This document shows positions 54,406 through 62,546 of a stretch of 64,000 nucleotides of DNA, one piece after another. The notes under the pieces were generated by a model that was not told the DNA's origin, ran no database searches, and was given only the letters and a program-made list of their open reading frames with translations. Where the stretch lies: contig CAVPWX010000015.1 in NCBI GenBank assembly GCA_963709605.1, positions 72,684 through 136,683 of the forward strand, read 5' to 3'. A program made the position numbers and the translations under genes. This DNA is from an uncultured Chloroflexia bacterium (GTDB lineage Bacteria > Chloroflexota > Limnocylindria > Limnocylindrales > CSP1-4). Within the stretch, counting starts at the first letter, position 1; every line of letters starts with the position of its first letter.

Positions 54406-55647
54406 ATGGGCGTGCGCCGCCGCGGCCCCTGGCATCATGGGCGCGTGCACGAGCTCTTGCAGGTCATCGTCGATGCCGATCCTGCGGTGTGGGCGGCGGC
54501 CGGGTTCGCCGTGCCACCCGCCGACGCCGGCAGCGCCCCGACCTGCACGATCGGACAGACCACGATCGTCTTCGGCGTCGACCTGGCCGCTGAGGACCGG
54601 GGCGTCCGACGCGCCGCTGGCAACAGCACCAGCGAGCGCAGCGCCGACGACAGGGGCGAGGACCCACTCGCCGGCATCGTGGCGGTGGCGATCGCGGGGC
54701 TCGACCCCGGCGATCTCGACGGCATGACCCTCGTGGCCGCCCCACCGCCGGCGCCGCCGACCGATCCCGTGGCGCATCCCAACGGGGTGATCGCCCTCGA
54801 CCACCTGGTGGTCTGCTCGCCCGATGTCGACCGCACCACCGCGGCGCTCGTCGACGCCGGCCTGGTTCTGCGCCGCGAGCGTCGTTTCCCCATGGGTGCC
54901 GGTACGGCCCGCCAGTCGTTCTTCTGGCTCGGCGCCACCATCCTCGAACTCGTTGGCGACGACCTCGCGCAAGGACCCGGCCCGGCCGTCGCCTGGGGTC
55001 TCGCCTGCACCGCCATCGATCTCGACGTGGCGGCCGCTCTCGCCGGCGACGCTGCGACCCCACCGAAGCGGGCCGTGCAGCCGGGGCGGCGCATCCTGTC
55101 GCTGCACGGGCTCGGGGTCCCGGTCGCGCTGCTCACGCCGCACCCGAAGCTGCGGCCGGCACTCACGGGCGACCTCGACCGGATCGCCGAGGTCGAGATG
55201 GCGGCCGGGACGCTCTTCGCCGGCATCGGGCTCGCGGAGATCGCCGACGACCCCGTCGACACCGATGAGATCGGCCGCGCCATCGCCGACGGCCGGGTCT
55301 GGGTGGTCGAGCGCCGCGGCCGGATCGAGGGCTGGGTCATGGCGGTGGTGGTCGACGGCGAGGCCCACCTCGCCCAGGTGTCGGTGGCGCCAGAGGCGGC
55401 CGGGCTCGGTCTCGGTCGACTGCTCGCCGAACGCGTCCACCGCTGGGCGACCGACCAGGGTCACGCGTCGATCACGCTGACCACCTTCGTCGACGTGGCC
55501 TTCAACGGCCCGCTCTACGAACGGTGGGGCTACCGGACCCTGGATGCCGACCAGCTCGGCCCCGAGCTCGCCGCCATCCGTGCCGACGAGGACCGCCGCT
55601 GGCCGCACCTCGCCGGGCGCCGGCAGGCGATGCGCCTCGACCTGTGA
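54406..55647 (+). CDS. Fusion of a glyoxalase-like (VOC, Glyoxalase_3-type) domain and a C-terminal GNAT acetyltransferase domain
   Basis: The VOC-like part reads LDHLVVCSPDVDRTTAALVDAGL...FFWLGATILELVGDD. The GNAT part reads VWVVERRGRIEGWVMAVVVDGEAHLAQVSVAPEAAGLGLGRLL...LTTFVDVAFNGPLYERWGY. The start is uncertain (54337, 54406 or 54445). Confidence 0.65.
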   Translation: MGVRRRGPWHHGRVHELLQVIVDADPAVWAAAGFAVPPADAGSAPTCTIGQTTIVFGVDLAAEDRGVRRAAGNSTSERSADDRGEDPLAGIVAVAIAGLDPGDLDGMTLVAAPPPAPPTDPVAHPNGVIALDHLVVCSPDVDRTTAALVDAGLVLRRERRFPMGAGTARQSFFWLGATILELVGDDLAQGPGPAVAWGLACTAIDLDVAAALAGDAATPPKRAVQPGRRILSLHGLGVPVALLTPHPKLRPALTGDLDRIAEVEMAAGTLFAGIGLAEIADDPVDTDEIGRAIADGRVWVVERRGRIEGWVMAVVVDGEAHLAQVSVAPEAAGLGLGRLLAERVHRWATDQGHASITLTTFVDVAFNGPLYERWGYRTLDADQLGPELAAIRADEDRRWPHLAGRRQAMRLDL

Positions 55648-55862
55648 GGCCATCGCCTCACGCGACAGCGCGTCGAAGGGACACCAAGCCGAGACATCGG
55701 TTCCGTGGGGTCATCGAACTCACGGACGACGGACGCAGCTCCAGCGAGGGCACGCATCGACGGTCTCCGGTCGCGACGATGGCCCAGCCACGCGCCCGGG
55801 CGATACGGCGCAGCCCTCGGCCCCGCTGTCGAAGGCATGCGGCTCACCGGCCCAACCGCCCC

Positions 55863-56108
55863 CAGATCGAGTTCGGCCTGCTCACCGATGCGAGGGGCTG
55901 CCCGGTGGCGGTGGAGGCCTTCCCGGGCAACACCGCCGATCCCGCGACCCTCGAGGCCCAGATCGACAAGCTGCGGGTGCGCTTCGGCCTGGTCGACATC
56001 GTCCTCGTCGGCGACCGGGGGATGCTCACATCGGCCCGGATCGAACGCCTGCGCGAGATCGGCGGGATCGGCTGGGTGAGCTGCCTGCGCGCGCCCGCGA
56101 GCGTGTAG
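55863..56108 (+). mobile_element. IS1634-family (IS4-like) transposase fragment, internal piece only
   Basis: QIEFGLLTDARGCPVAVEAFPGNTADPATLEAQIDKLRVRFGLVDIVLVGDRGMLTSARIERLREIGGIGWVSCLRAP matches the DDE-region pattern of IS1634 transposases (..GLL....G.P......GNT.D..T......L...F......V.DRGM). No N- or C-terminal parts and no inverted repeats were seen. Confidence 0.7.
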
Positions 56109-56176
56109 TCAGAGCGCCGCAGCCCGGGGGGCCTCGTCCACGTTCAGATCTGCCCGTTTGCGGCTGGAAGTTCGGC

Positions 56177-56494
56177 CTAGATGCGGATCACCTCGGCGAG
56201 GTCGACGACGAGGATCGTCGCGCCGGCGTAGTGGACCACGCGGTCCTGCCAGTCCTTGAGGCGTTCGGTGAGGACGAGCGGGACTTCGACCTCGCGGCCG
56301 CTGCACGTGTCGCGGAAGATCTCGACGACCTCCGACACCGTGCCGTCCTCGACGGCGAGGATGAGCGTGACGTTCGGCGTCTCGAGGAAGCCGCCGACGG
56401 AGCCGAGCCGGGTGAACCGGTGGCCCTCCGAGCGCAATCGGTCGGCGGCACGCTCCGCGTCGGACGACTGGACGATCGCGAAGAGGAGCTTCAT
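56177..56494 (-). CDS. darA: Cyclic-di-AMP receptor, PII-like (DarA/PstA, YaaQ family)
   Basis: 105 aa. MKLLFAIVQSSDAERAADRLRSEGHRFTRLGSVGGFLETPNVTLILAVEDG...AGATILVV aligns along its length with the YaaQ pattern MKL..A.VQ..D...L....F..T.L...GGFL...N.T....VED...GGAT.FV. Confidence 0.8.
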   Translation of the reverse strand: MKLLFAIVQSSDAERAADRLRSEGHRFTRLGSVGGFLETPNVTLILAVEDGTVSEVVEIFRDTCSGREVEVPLVLTERLKDWQDRVVHYAGATILVVDLAEVIRI

Positions 56495-56498
56495 GACG

Positions 56499-57803
56499 TC
56501 ATTGTGCCTCGTCGTCGGGCTCCCCTGCCGGCGCCGGGACCGCGACCGAGGCGGCCCGCCCGCCGGCCTTCGCCCGGGCGCGGAGGCGCCTCTCCTCGGC
56601 CCCCTCGACCTCCGTCCGCCAGCCGCGCCCCGTGCGCCGGCCGTCCATCGCGTAGCGGTCGGCGACCATCAGGTCGAAGGCGTGGACCGACGCCTCCTGG
56701 TTCGAGTAGCGCCCCGCCGTCCAGCTGCGCGAGCGGGTGCCCTGCTGCTGCATCTCGACGACGTGGTAGTCCTCCCGGTTCGTGATGTCCCAGAACTCCA
56801 CGGCCCCGGAGACGTCGACCTTCCCGAGGTCGGCCGCCTCGACGTAGAGGTCGCAGTGGACGGTGCTCCGGTTGGGGCCGTCCGGCCAGGCCTGGTGGGT
56901 CAGCACGTAGTCCGGGTGGACCGAGACGATCAGGTTCGGCCAGAGGATGTAGTAGAAGATCCGGCGGGCCTCGGTCTCGTCGCGGGCGTAGAGGAGCGGC
57001 CGGCCGCCGCGCTGCCCGTTCATCGACATCGTCTCGCAGCCGTCGGCGAAGACCATCCAGCCGCCCTTCCACGGCCCGTCGGCCAGGAAGTCCTCGCCCA
57101 GGTCGTAGGGGGTCAGCTTGTTGAGGAGCGGGTGGACCGGCGGGCAGTGGTAGCACTCGCTGTAGTTCTCGGCCACGATCTTCCAGTTGGCGTTGACCTG
57201 GTAGGTCAGCCGCGCGGCGCGCCGCAGGGTGCTCATGTCACGCCCGAAGCCGGCATGGTGGTCATGCCAGTCGCCCGTGAACGTGCGCAGGTCCGGCGTC
57301 GTCGCCTCGTCGGCGAAGCAGAGGAAGACAAAGCCCTGCCAGGTCTCGGCGCGGACGGGCGCGAGGCCGGAGGTCTCGAAGCTGAAGTCCTCGAGGTCCT
57401 CGGTGTGCCTGGCGCGGAGGAGCCTGCCGTCGAGGTCGTAGATCCAGGCGTGGTAGGGGCACTGGAAGCGGACGGCCTTGCCGCACTCCCGCTCCTCCAC
57501 GGCGGTCCCCCGGTGGCGGCAGACGTTGTAGAAGGCGCGGATCGCGTCGTCGCGGCCGCGGACGAGGATCACGTTCTCGCCGAAGACGTCGCGGAGCACG
57601 AAGCTGCCCGGCTCCGGCATCTCCTCCGCCCGCGCCACGGCGATCCAGTCGCGGAGGAAGATGTGCTCGGTCTCCCATGCGTAGATCAATTCGTCGTGAT
57701 AGGCCCGCGCCGGGAGAAGGGTGGCCTTCCGGAAGGGCGCGCGGATGGCGGCGATCTCCTCCGGGGTCAGCGGCGAGCGGGCGGGCAGGCGGGTGACGGC
57801 CAA
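56499..57803 (-). CDS. Rieske-type non-heme iron oxygenase alpha subunit
   Basis: Rieske motif CRHRGTAV...CPYHAWIY. The catalytic region reads NWKIVAENYSECYHCPPVHP. 434 aa. Confidence 0.85.
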   Translation of the reverse strand: MAVTRLPARSPLTPEEIAAIRAPFRKATLLPARAYHDELIYAWETEHIFLRDWIAVARAEEMPEPGSFVLRDVFGENVILVRGRDDAIRAFYNVCRHRGTAVEERECGKAVRFQCPYHAWIYDLDGRLLRARHTEDLEDFSFETSGLAPVRAETWQGFVFLCFADEATTPDLRTFTGDWHDHHAGFGRDMSTLRRAARLTYQVNANWKIVAENYSECYHCPPVHPLLNKLTPYDLGEDFLADGPWKGGWMVFADGCETMSMNGQRGGRPLLYARDETEARRIFYYILWPNLIVSVHPDYVLTHQAWPDGPNRSTVHCDLYVEAADLGKVDVSGAVEFWDITNREDYHVVEMQQQGTRSRSWTAGRYSNQEASVHAFDLMVADRYAMDGRRTGRGWRTEVEGAEERRLRARAKAGGRAASVAVPAPAGEPDDEAQ

Positions 57804-57924
57804 GGGTGCTCCTCCTGTGGAGCCGCGATCGTAGCCGAGGATGCGGCCCGGACGCCGCCGCGGGCCAGCGCCGACGCCTGCGCCGACGCCTGCGCCGCGG
57901 GCCTGCGCCGACGCCCGCGCCCCC

Positions 57925-59574
57925 TCAGGCGAGCGTCACCGTCTCGTGCCAGCGCGGCACGTGGACGTCGAAGCCGAGCGCCGCCACCTTCGGGGCCAGC
58001 TCTGCCTGCGGGCCCGGGTCGCCGTGGACCAGGAAGACGCGCCGCGGGAAGCCCGGGGCGCCGGCGCGCTTGCCGGCCGCGAAGCCGGCCAGCCAGTCGA
58101 GCAGCTCGGGCTCGTCGGCGTGGGCGGAGAAGCCGTTCACCGAGCGAACCTGGCAGCGCACCTCGCGCACCGCGCCGTCGAGGCGGATCGTCCTGGCGCC
58201 GTCCTGGAGGTGGCGCCCCAGCGTCCCTTCCCCCTGGTAGCCGACGAAGAGGATCACCGCCCGCGGGTCGTCGATCAGCTCACGGAGGTGGCCCAGGACG
58301 CGTCCGCCGGTCAGCATCCCGTTCGAGGCGATGATCATGTACGGCCGGCGGGCGCGGGCGATCGCCCGCGACTCGTCGGCCGTCTTGACGATCCGCTGGT
58401 GCGGGTAGTCGAGCGGCGTGTCGCCGGCCTCGAACAGCTTCCGGGTCTCCTCGTCGTAGTACTCGCTGTGGCCGCGGTAGACCGAGGTCGCCTCGCGGGC
58501 CATCGGGGAGTCCAGGTAGAGCGGCAGGGCCGGGATCTCGCCGGCGGCGACGAGCCGGTCGAGCGACCAGATCAGCTCCTGCGTGCGGCCGATCGCGAAC
58601 GAAGGCACGAGGAGGACGCCGTCGTGCTCGGCGACGAGCCGGACGACCTCGGCCAGGACGCGGCGCGCCTCCGCCTCGGGCTCGTGCTCGCGGCCGCCGT
58701 ACGTCGACTCGACGAGCACGTAGTCCGCGTCCGCGACACGCGTGGGGTCGCGGATGATCGACGTGTTGCGCTTGCCGAGGTCGCCGGAGAAGACGACGAC
58801 GCGATCGCTGCCGCCGGGATGGTCCTGCACCCGGAGCCGGATGATCGCCGAGCCCAGGATGTGGCCGGCGTCGAGGAACGTGGCCTGGATCCCGGGGGCG
58901 ACCTCCTCCTCGACCTCGTACGGGATCGGCCGGAAGCGCCGGAGGGCCTCGATCGCGTCGACCTCCGTGTAGAGGGGTGCGTCGAGATCCACGCGGAGCT
59001 CCTCGGGTCGAGCCGCGGGCTCGCTGCCCGGGGGGAGCACGCGCGGCAGCGCTCCGCGATCCCACGTGCCGTCGGCGGCCTCCTCGGGGGTGCGCGGCAC
59101 CGACGCCCCGGCCGGCCGGTCCGGCTCGGACGACTCCTCGATCGCATCGCCCGCCTCGGCCTCGTCAATGGCCGCCTCCAGGCGTCGGAGGTCCCTGGCG
59201 TCCTCGGCCGCGGCCTTCTCCGGGTTGCGTCGCTCCCAGCGGGCCTCGCGCTTCGCGAACTCCTCCTGCAGCCGACCCGAGTCCAGGAGCACCAGGCGCG
59301 CCAGCTCGATCGTCCCGACCGTCGCGCGGACCGGACCGCGGAAGCCCTCGCGGACGACCGCCGGGATCAGCCCGCAATGGTCGAGGTGGGCGTGGGTCAG
59401 GAGGATCGCGTCGAGCGTCGCCGGGTCGTAGCCCAGGGGGATCCGGTTGCGGATCGCCTCGTTCGGGCCGCCCTGGAACATCCCGCAGTCGACGAGGATC
59501 CGGGCTTGGCCCGTCTCGAGGAGGAACTGGCTTCCGGTGACCGTCGTCGCAGCGCCCAGGAAGGTGATGTCCAT
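57925..59574 (-). CDS. MBL-fold beta-CASP family (RNA-metabolising) hydrolase with a ~80-aa acidic insertion
   Basis: Reads MDITFLGAATTVTGSQFLLETGQARILVDCGMFQG...LLTHAHLDHCG...ESTYGGREH...FSAHAD...LVHGD. The insertion (NPEKAAAEDARDL...ARPEELRVDL) lies inside the MBL domain. Confidence 0.85.
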   Translation of the reverse strand: MDITFLGAATTVTGSQFLLETGQARILVDCGMFQGGPNEAIRNRIPLGYDPATLDAILLTHAHLDHCGLIPAVVREGFRGPVRATVGTIELARLVLLDSGRLQEEFAKREARWERRNPEKAAAEDARDLRRLEAAIDEAEAGDAIEESSEPDRPAGASVPRTPEEAADGTWDRGALPRVLPPGSEPAARPEELRVDLDAPLYTEVDAIEALRRFRPIPYEVEEEVAPGIQATFLDAGHILGSAIIRLRVQDHPGGSDRVVVFSGDLGKRNTSIIRDPTRVADADYVLVESTYGGREHEPEAEARRVLAEVVRLVAEHDGVLLVPSFAIGRTQELIWSLDRLVAAGEIPALPLYLDSPMAREATSVYRGHSEYYDEETRKLFEAGDTPLDYPHQRIVKTADESRAIARARRPYMIIASNGMLTGGRVLGHLRELIDDPRAVILFVGYQGEGTLGRHLQDGARTIRLDGAVREVRCQVRSVNGFSAHADEPELLDWLAGFAAGKRAGAPGFPRRVFLVHGDPGPQAELAPKVAALGFDVHVPRWHETVTLA

Positions 59575-59603
59575 GGGGGGATGGTGCCACGCCGGAGCCA
59601 AGA

Positions 59604-59741
59604 TCACGCGCGTCCGGCGTCGCGCAGCTCCCGCAGCCCTCACGCGCGTCCGGCGTCGCGCAGCTCCCGGCCCTCACGCGCGTCCGGCGTCGCGCAGCTC
59701 CCGGCCCTCACGCGCGTCCGGCGTCGCGCAGCTCCCGCAGC
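59604..59741 (-). repeat. 34-36-nt tandem repeat x4 that reiterates the 3' end (last ~8 codons plus stop) of the gene at 59708..60559
   Basis: Units start at 59604, 59640, 59674 and 59708. Each unit reads TCACGCGCGTCCGGCGTCGCGCAGCTCCCG(GCCC/CAGCCC). The rightmost unit is the real gene end, ...ELRDAGRA*. Confidence 0.9.
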
Positions 59742-60559
59742 AGGTCCGCGTAGCCCCGGTGCCGAGCCCGGAGGGCCCCGAGATCGTCGAGCGGCGCCCA
59801 GGCCGGCGCCCGCGGCCGGACGATCGGGTCGAAGATCACCACGGTCGACGCGATCCCGGCGGCTTGGGGTCGTGCCCCGTCCCACCATCGGGCGAACGCT
59901 TCCGGCGCGTCCGGTCCCAGGGCCCGGATGGTAGCTCCTCGAAGCCGGAGGACGTGGAGGCAATCGGCCGTCCATGCGATCGTCAGGACGTGCGTCACCG
60001 AGCGGAAGCCGCCCCGCGCTCCGTGGCGCTCGGCGAGCGTGGCCGCGAGGTACCGGCGCTTGACGTTCCAGGCGCCGGCCAACTCGCCGACGTTGACGAT
60101 CGCGGTCTTCACCTCGTGGTGGAGGAGGTCGGGCCCCGTCGGGTCGACCACCGTCACGTCGGCGCGTCCGGCGAACTGGAAGTGCTGGAAGGGCTCGTCG
60201 GCGGCGACGTGGCGGCCCTGGGCCGCGTAGCGGGCGGCGAGCATCTCGACGATGGCCGCGTGCACGGGGTCCTCGACGCGACCCGGGCGCGCGCGGCTTC
60301 GCGGGTCGTCGAGCGACGCCTCGAAGCGGAGGCCGAGGGCGACCCCCAGGCGAGCGTACGTCTCCAGCGTCGCCGGCTCGCCGCGCTCGACGAGGTAGAC
60401 GAGCGTCCTGGAGACGCCCGCCTCACGGGCCAGGTGCTCGGTCGTCCATCGACGGCGCAGGCGCGCGTCACGGACCTGCGCGCCGATCGAGGCCGCGATC
60501 GCGGACAGCCGGGCGAGCGCAGCTGGAGGGGCCGGAGCGACCCGCGGAAAGCGTGCCAT
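59708..60559 (-). CDS. XRE-family HTH protein fused to a possible PD-(D/E)xK nuclease-like domain
   Basis: HTH: LRRRWTTEHLAREAGVSRTLVYLVERGEPATLETYARLGVALG. The C-terminal 200 aa contain GRADVTVVDPTGPDLLHHEVKT (a D...E.K spacing). The nuclease assignment rests on this motif only. Confidence 0.7.
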   Translation of the reverse strand: MARFPRVAPAPPAALARLSAIAASIGAQVRDARLRRRWTTEHLAREAGVSRTLVYLVERGEPATLETYARLGVALGLRFEASLDDPRSRARPGRVEDPVHAAIVEMLAARYAAQGRHVAADEPFQHFQFAGRADVTVVDPTGPDLLHHEVKTAIVNVGELAGAWNVKRRYLAATLAERHGARGGFRSVTHVLTIAWTADCLHVLRLRGATIRALGPDAPEAFARWWDGARPQAAGIASTVVIFDPIVRPRAPAWAPLDDLGALRARHRGYADLLRELRDAGRA

Positions 60560-60785
60560 TGCACATCCATTCAACACGGGCACGGTCATCTGGCCCTTAT
60601 CCGGGAGGATCGGCACGATGACGAAGCCCGCGCGGTCCACGGCGCGCTCGGCCCGCCCCCTGAGAGGCGGCGTGCCTGCATCCCGTGCCCGCCCGCGGGC
60701 AATCGACGGCCGCCGGAGTGTGAACGACGGCCGCCGAAGGGCCGGCGAAGGCGGCCGTTGTTCAATCCCAGTGCGATCCGGCAGC

Positions 60786-60940
60786 GTCTCGCGACGGCCG
60801 GCGCAGGGACGTCGGGGACGGCCAGGCACGCGGGACCGGCGCCGTCTCGCGACGGCCGGAGGCACGCGGGGACGGCCGAGGCACGCGGGACCGGCCGGCC
60901 GCGACGGCCGGCGCGCGGGGACGGCCAGGCGCGCGGGCCT
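60786..60940. repeat. Degenerate ~58-nt GC-rich tandem repeat (~2.7 copies)
   Basis: Units begin at 60786, 60844 and about 60897: GTCTCGCGACGGCCGG..GCACGCGGGGACGGCC.AGGCRCGCGGGACC. A 13-bp-stem hairpin lies just upstream at 60723-60762. Confidence 0.65.
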
Positions 60941-60972
60941 GGTTCCGTTGCCCCGGACGGTCCCGCCCCAGA

Positions 60973-61737
60973 TCACGCCAGCGTCAGCAGCGTCCCGACG
61001 GCGAAGCCCAGCACCGTGACGGCGCCCACGGCCTGGCCCGCCTCCTCGAACGCCTCCGGCATCATCGTGTCCGCCAGCATCGCGAGGACGGCGCCGGCTG
61101 CGAAAGCCTGGATCGTGGCGGCGGCCATCGGCGGGCTCCCTGCCAGCAGGACGTAGCCGAGGCCGGCCGCGATCCCGCTGAGGCCCACCACGATCGCCCA
61201 CAGCAGCAGCACCCGCCGCACCGGCCACGCCGGCGGGTTGCCGGGTCCCGGGGGCCGGGACGGATCGTGCGGCGCCCGGAGGCCCGTGGTCGCCGCGATC
61301 GCCTCCGGCACGTTCGAGATCGCGACCGCTGCGAGGAAGGCGAGCCCTATCCCCTCGCCCTCCAGCAACGAGATGCCGATCACGACCGACTCGGGGATCC
61401 CGTCGAGGATCGTGCCGAGGAGGATCCCCAGAGGGTCGTCCTTCTGTCGCCCATGGGAGCGCTTGCGGTGCCGAGCCGGGCCTCCACGGTGGATCAGCAC
61501 ATTCCCGACGGAGAACGCCGCGGCGCCGAGCGCCAGGCCGACGGTCACGGCGGGGATCCCCGCTGCATCGAAGGCCGACGCCGTGAGGTCGAGCGTCACC
61601 GCGGAGATCAGGGCCCCCGCCCCGAAGCCCGCGACCAGGCCGATCGCCCGGCGCGGCCAGGGGGAGACGATCGCCAGGGCGGCGCCGAGGAGCAGCGTCG
61701 ACGCCCCGACGAGGCCCCAGAACGCAGCCTCCAGCAC
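60973..61737 (-). CDS. ZIP-family divalent metal (zinc) transporter
   Basis: 254 aa with about 8 TM segments. Reads GILLGTILDGIPESVVIG...AISNVPEAIA...ADTMMPEAFEE. Confidence 0.82.
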   Translation of the reverse strand: MLEAAFWGLVGASTLLLGAALAIVSPWPRRAIGLVAGFGAGALISAVTLDLTASAFDAAGIPAVTVGLALGAAAFSVGNVLIHRGGPARHRKRSHGRQKDDPLGILLGTILDGIPESVVIGISLLEGEGIGLAFLAAVAISNVPEAIAATTGLRAPHDPSRPPGPGNPPAWPVRRVLLLWAIVVGLSGIAAGLGYVLLAGSPPMAAATIQAFAAGAVLAMLADTMMPEAFEEAGQAVGAVTVLGFAVGTLLTLA

Positions 61738-61827
61738 CGCGTGGCCCTCCGTGGAATCGGCGCCGGACGATCGGGCCGTCGAGGGCGCCGAGGGTCAGCA
61801 TGCCACGTCCGCCGGTACCATCGCCGG

Positions 61828-62496
61828 ATGCGCGACCGCTTCATCGGCCGGACGGTGCTCCGGCGGCTGCCGGGTCTCCTCGCCGGCCTCGCCCTGTTCG
61901 GCGTGGGGATCGCCATCATGGCGGCGTCCGGCCTCGGCCTCGGGCCGTGGGAGGCGTTCCACCAGGGGATCGCCAACCGGACCGGGCTCGCCCTCGGCAC
62001 CGTGAGCATCCTCGTCGGGATCCCGGTCCTGGCCCTGTGGTGGCCCCTGGGGGAGCGTCCGGGCATCGGGACGATCCTCAACATCGCGCTCATCGGGGTG
62101 GCGACCAACCTCACGCTGCCGCTCCTCCCCCGCCCCACGGAGCCGGTCCCGCAGCTGGCGATGAGCGTCGGCGGCGTCCTGGTCATCGGCCTGGGATCCG
62201 GGCTCTACCTCTCTGCCGACCTGGGGCCGGGGCCGCGCGACGGCCTGATGACCGGGCTCCACCACCGCTTCGGCTGGTCGATCCGGCGCGCCCGGACCGC
62301 CGTCGAGGTGATCGTGCTCGTGATCGGGTTCCTGCTCGGGGGCACGATCGGCCTGGGGACGATCCTGTTCGCCTTCGGGATCGGGCCGGTCGTGCAGGCC
62401 TTCCTGCGGGTCTTCGACCGCGAGGGCCGGGTCTCCCGGCGGCGCCGGCCGGACCTGGTCGAGGAGCTGGAGTCGCCCGGCACGGTCGGCGAGTGA
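61828..62496 (+). CDS. YczE/YitT-like integral membrane protein
   Basis: 222 aa. Reads GLALFGVGIAIMAASGLGLGPWEAFHQGI...GPGPRDGLMTGL. Family recognition is moderate. Confidence 0.6.
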   Translation: MRDRFIGRTVLRRLPGLLAGLALFGVGIAIMAASGLGLGPWEAFHQGIANRTGLALGTVSILVGIPVLALWWPLGERPGIGTILNIALIGVATNLTLPLLPRPTEPVPQLAMSVGGVLVIGLGSGLYLSADLGPGPRDGLMTGLHHRFGWSIRRARTAVEVIVLVIGFLLGGTIGLGTILFAFGIGPVVQAFLRVFDREGRVSRRRRPDLVEELESPGTVGE

Positions 62497-62546
62497 CGGG
62501 CCCCCGGGGCGCAGGCCCGCACCACGTCGCCCGCCTGCCCCGGCCC

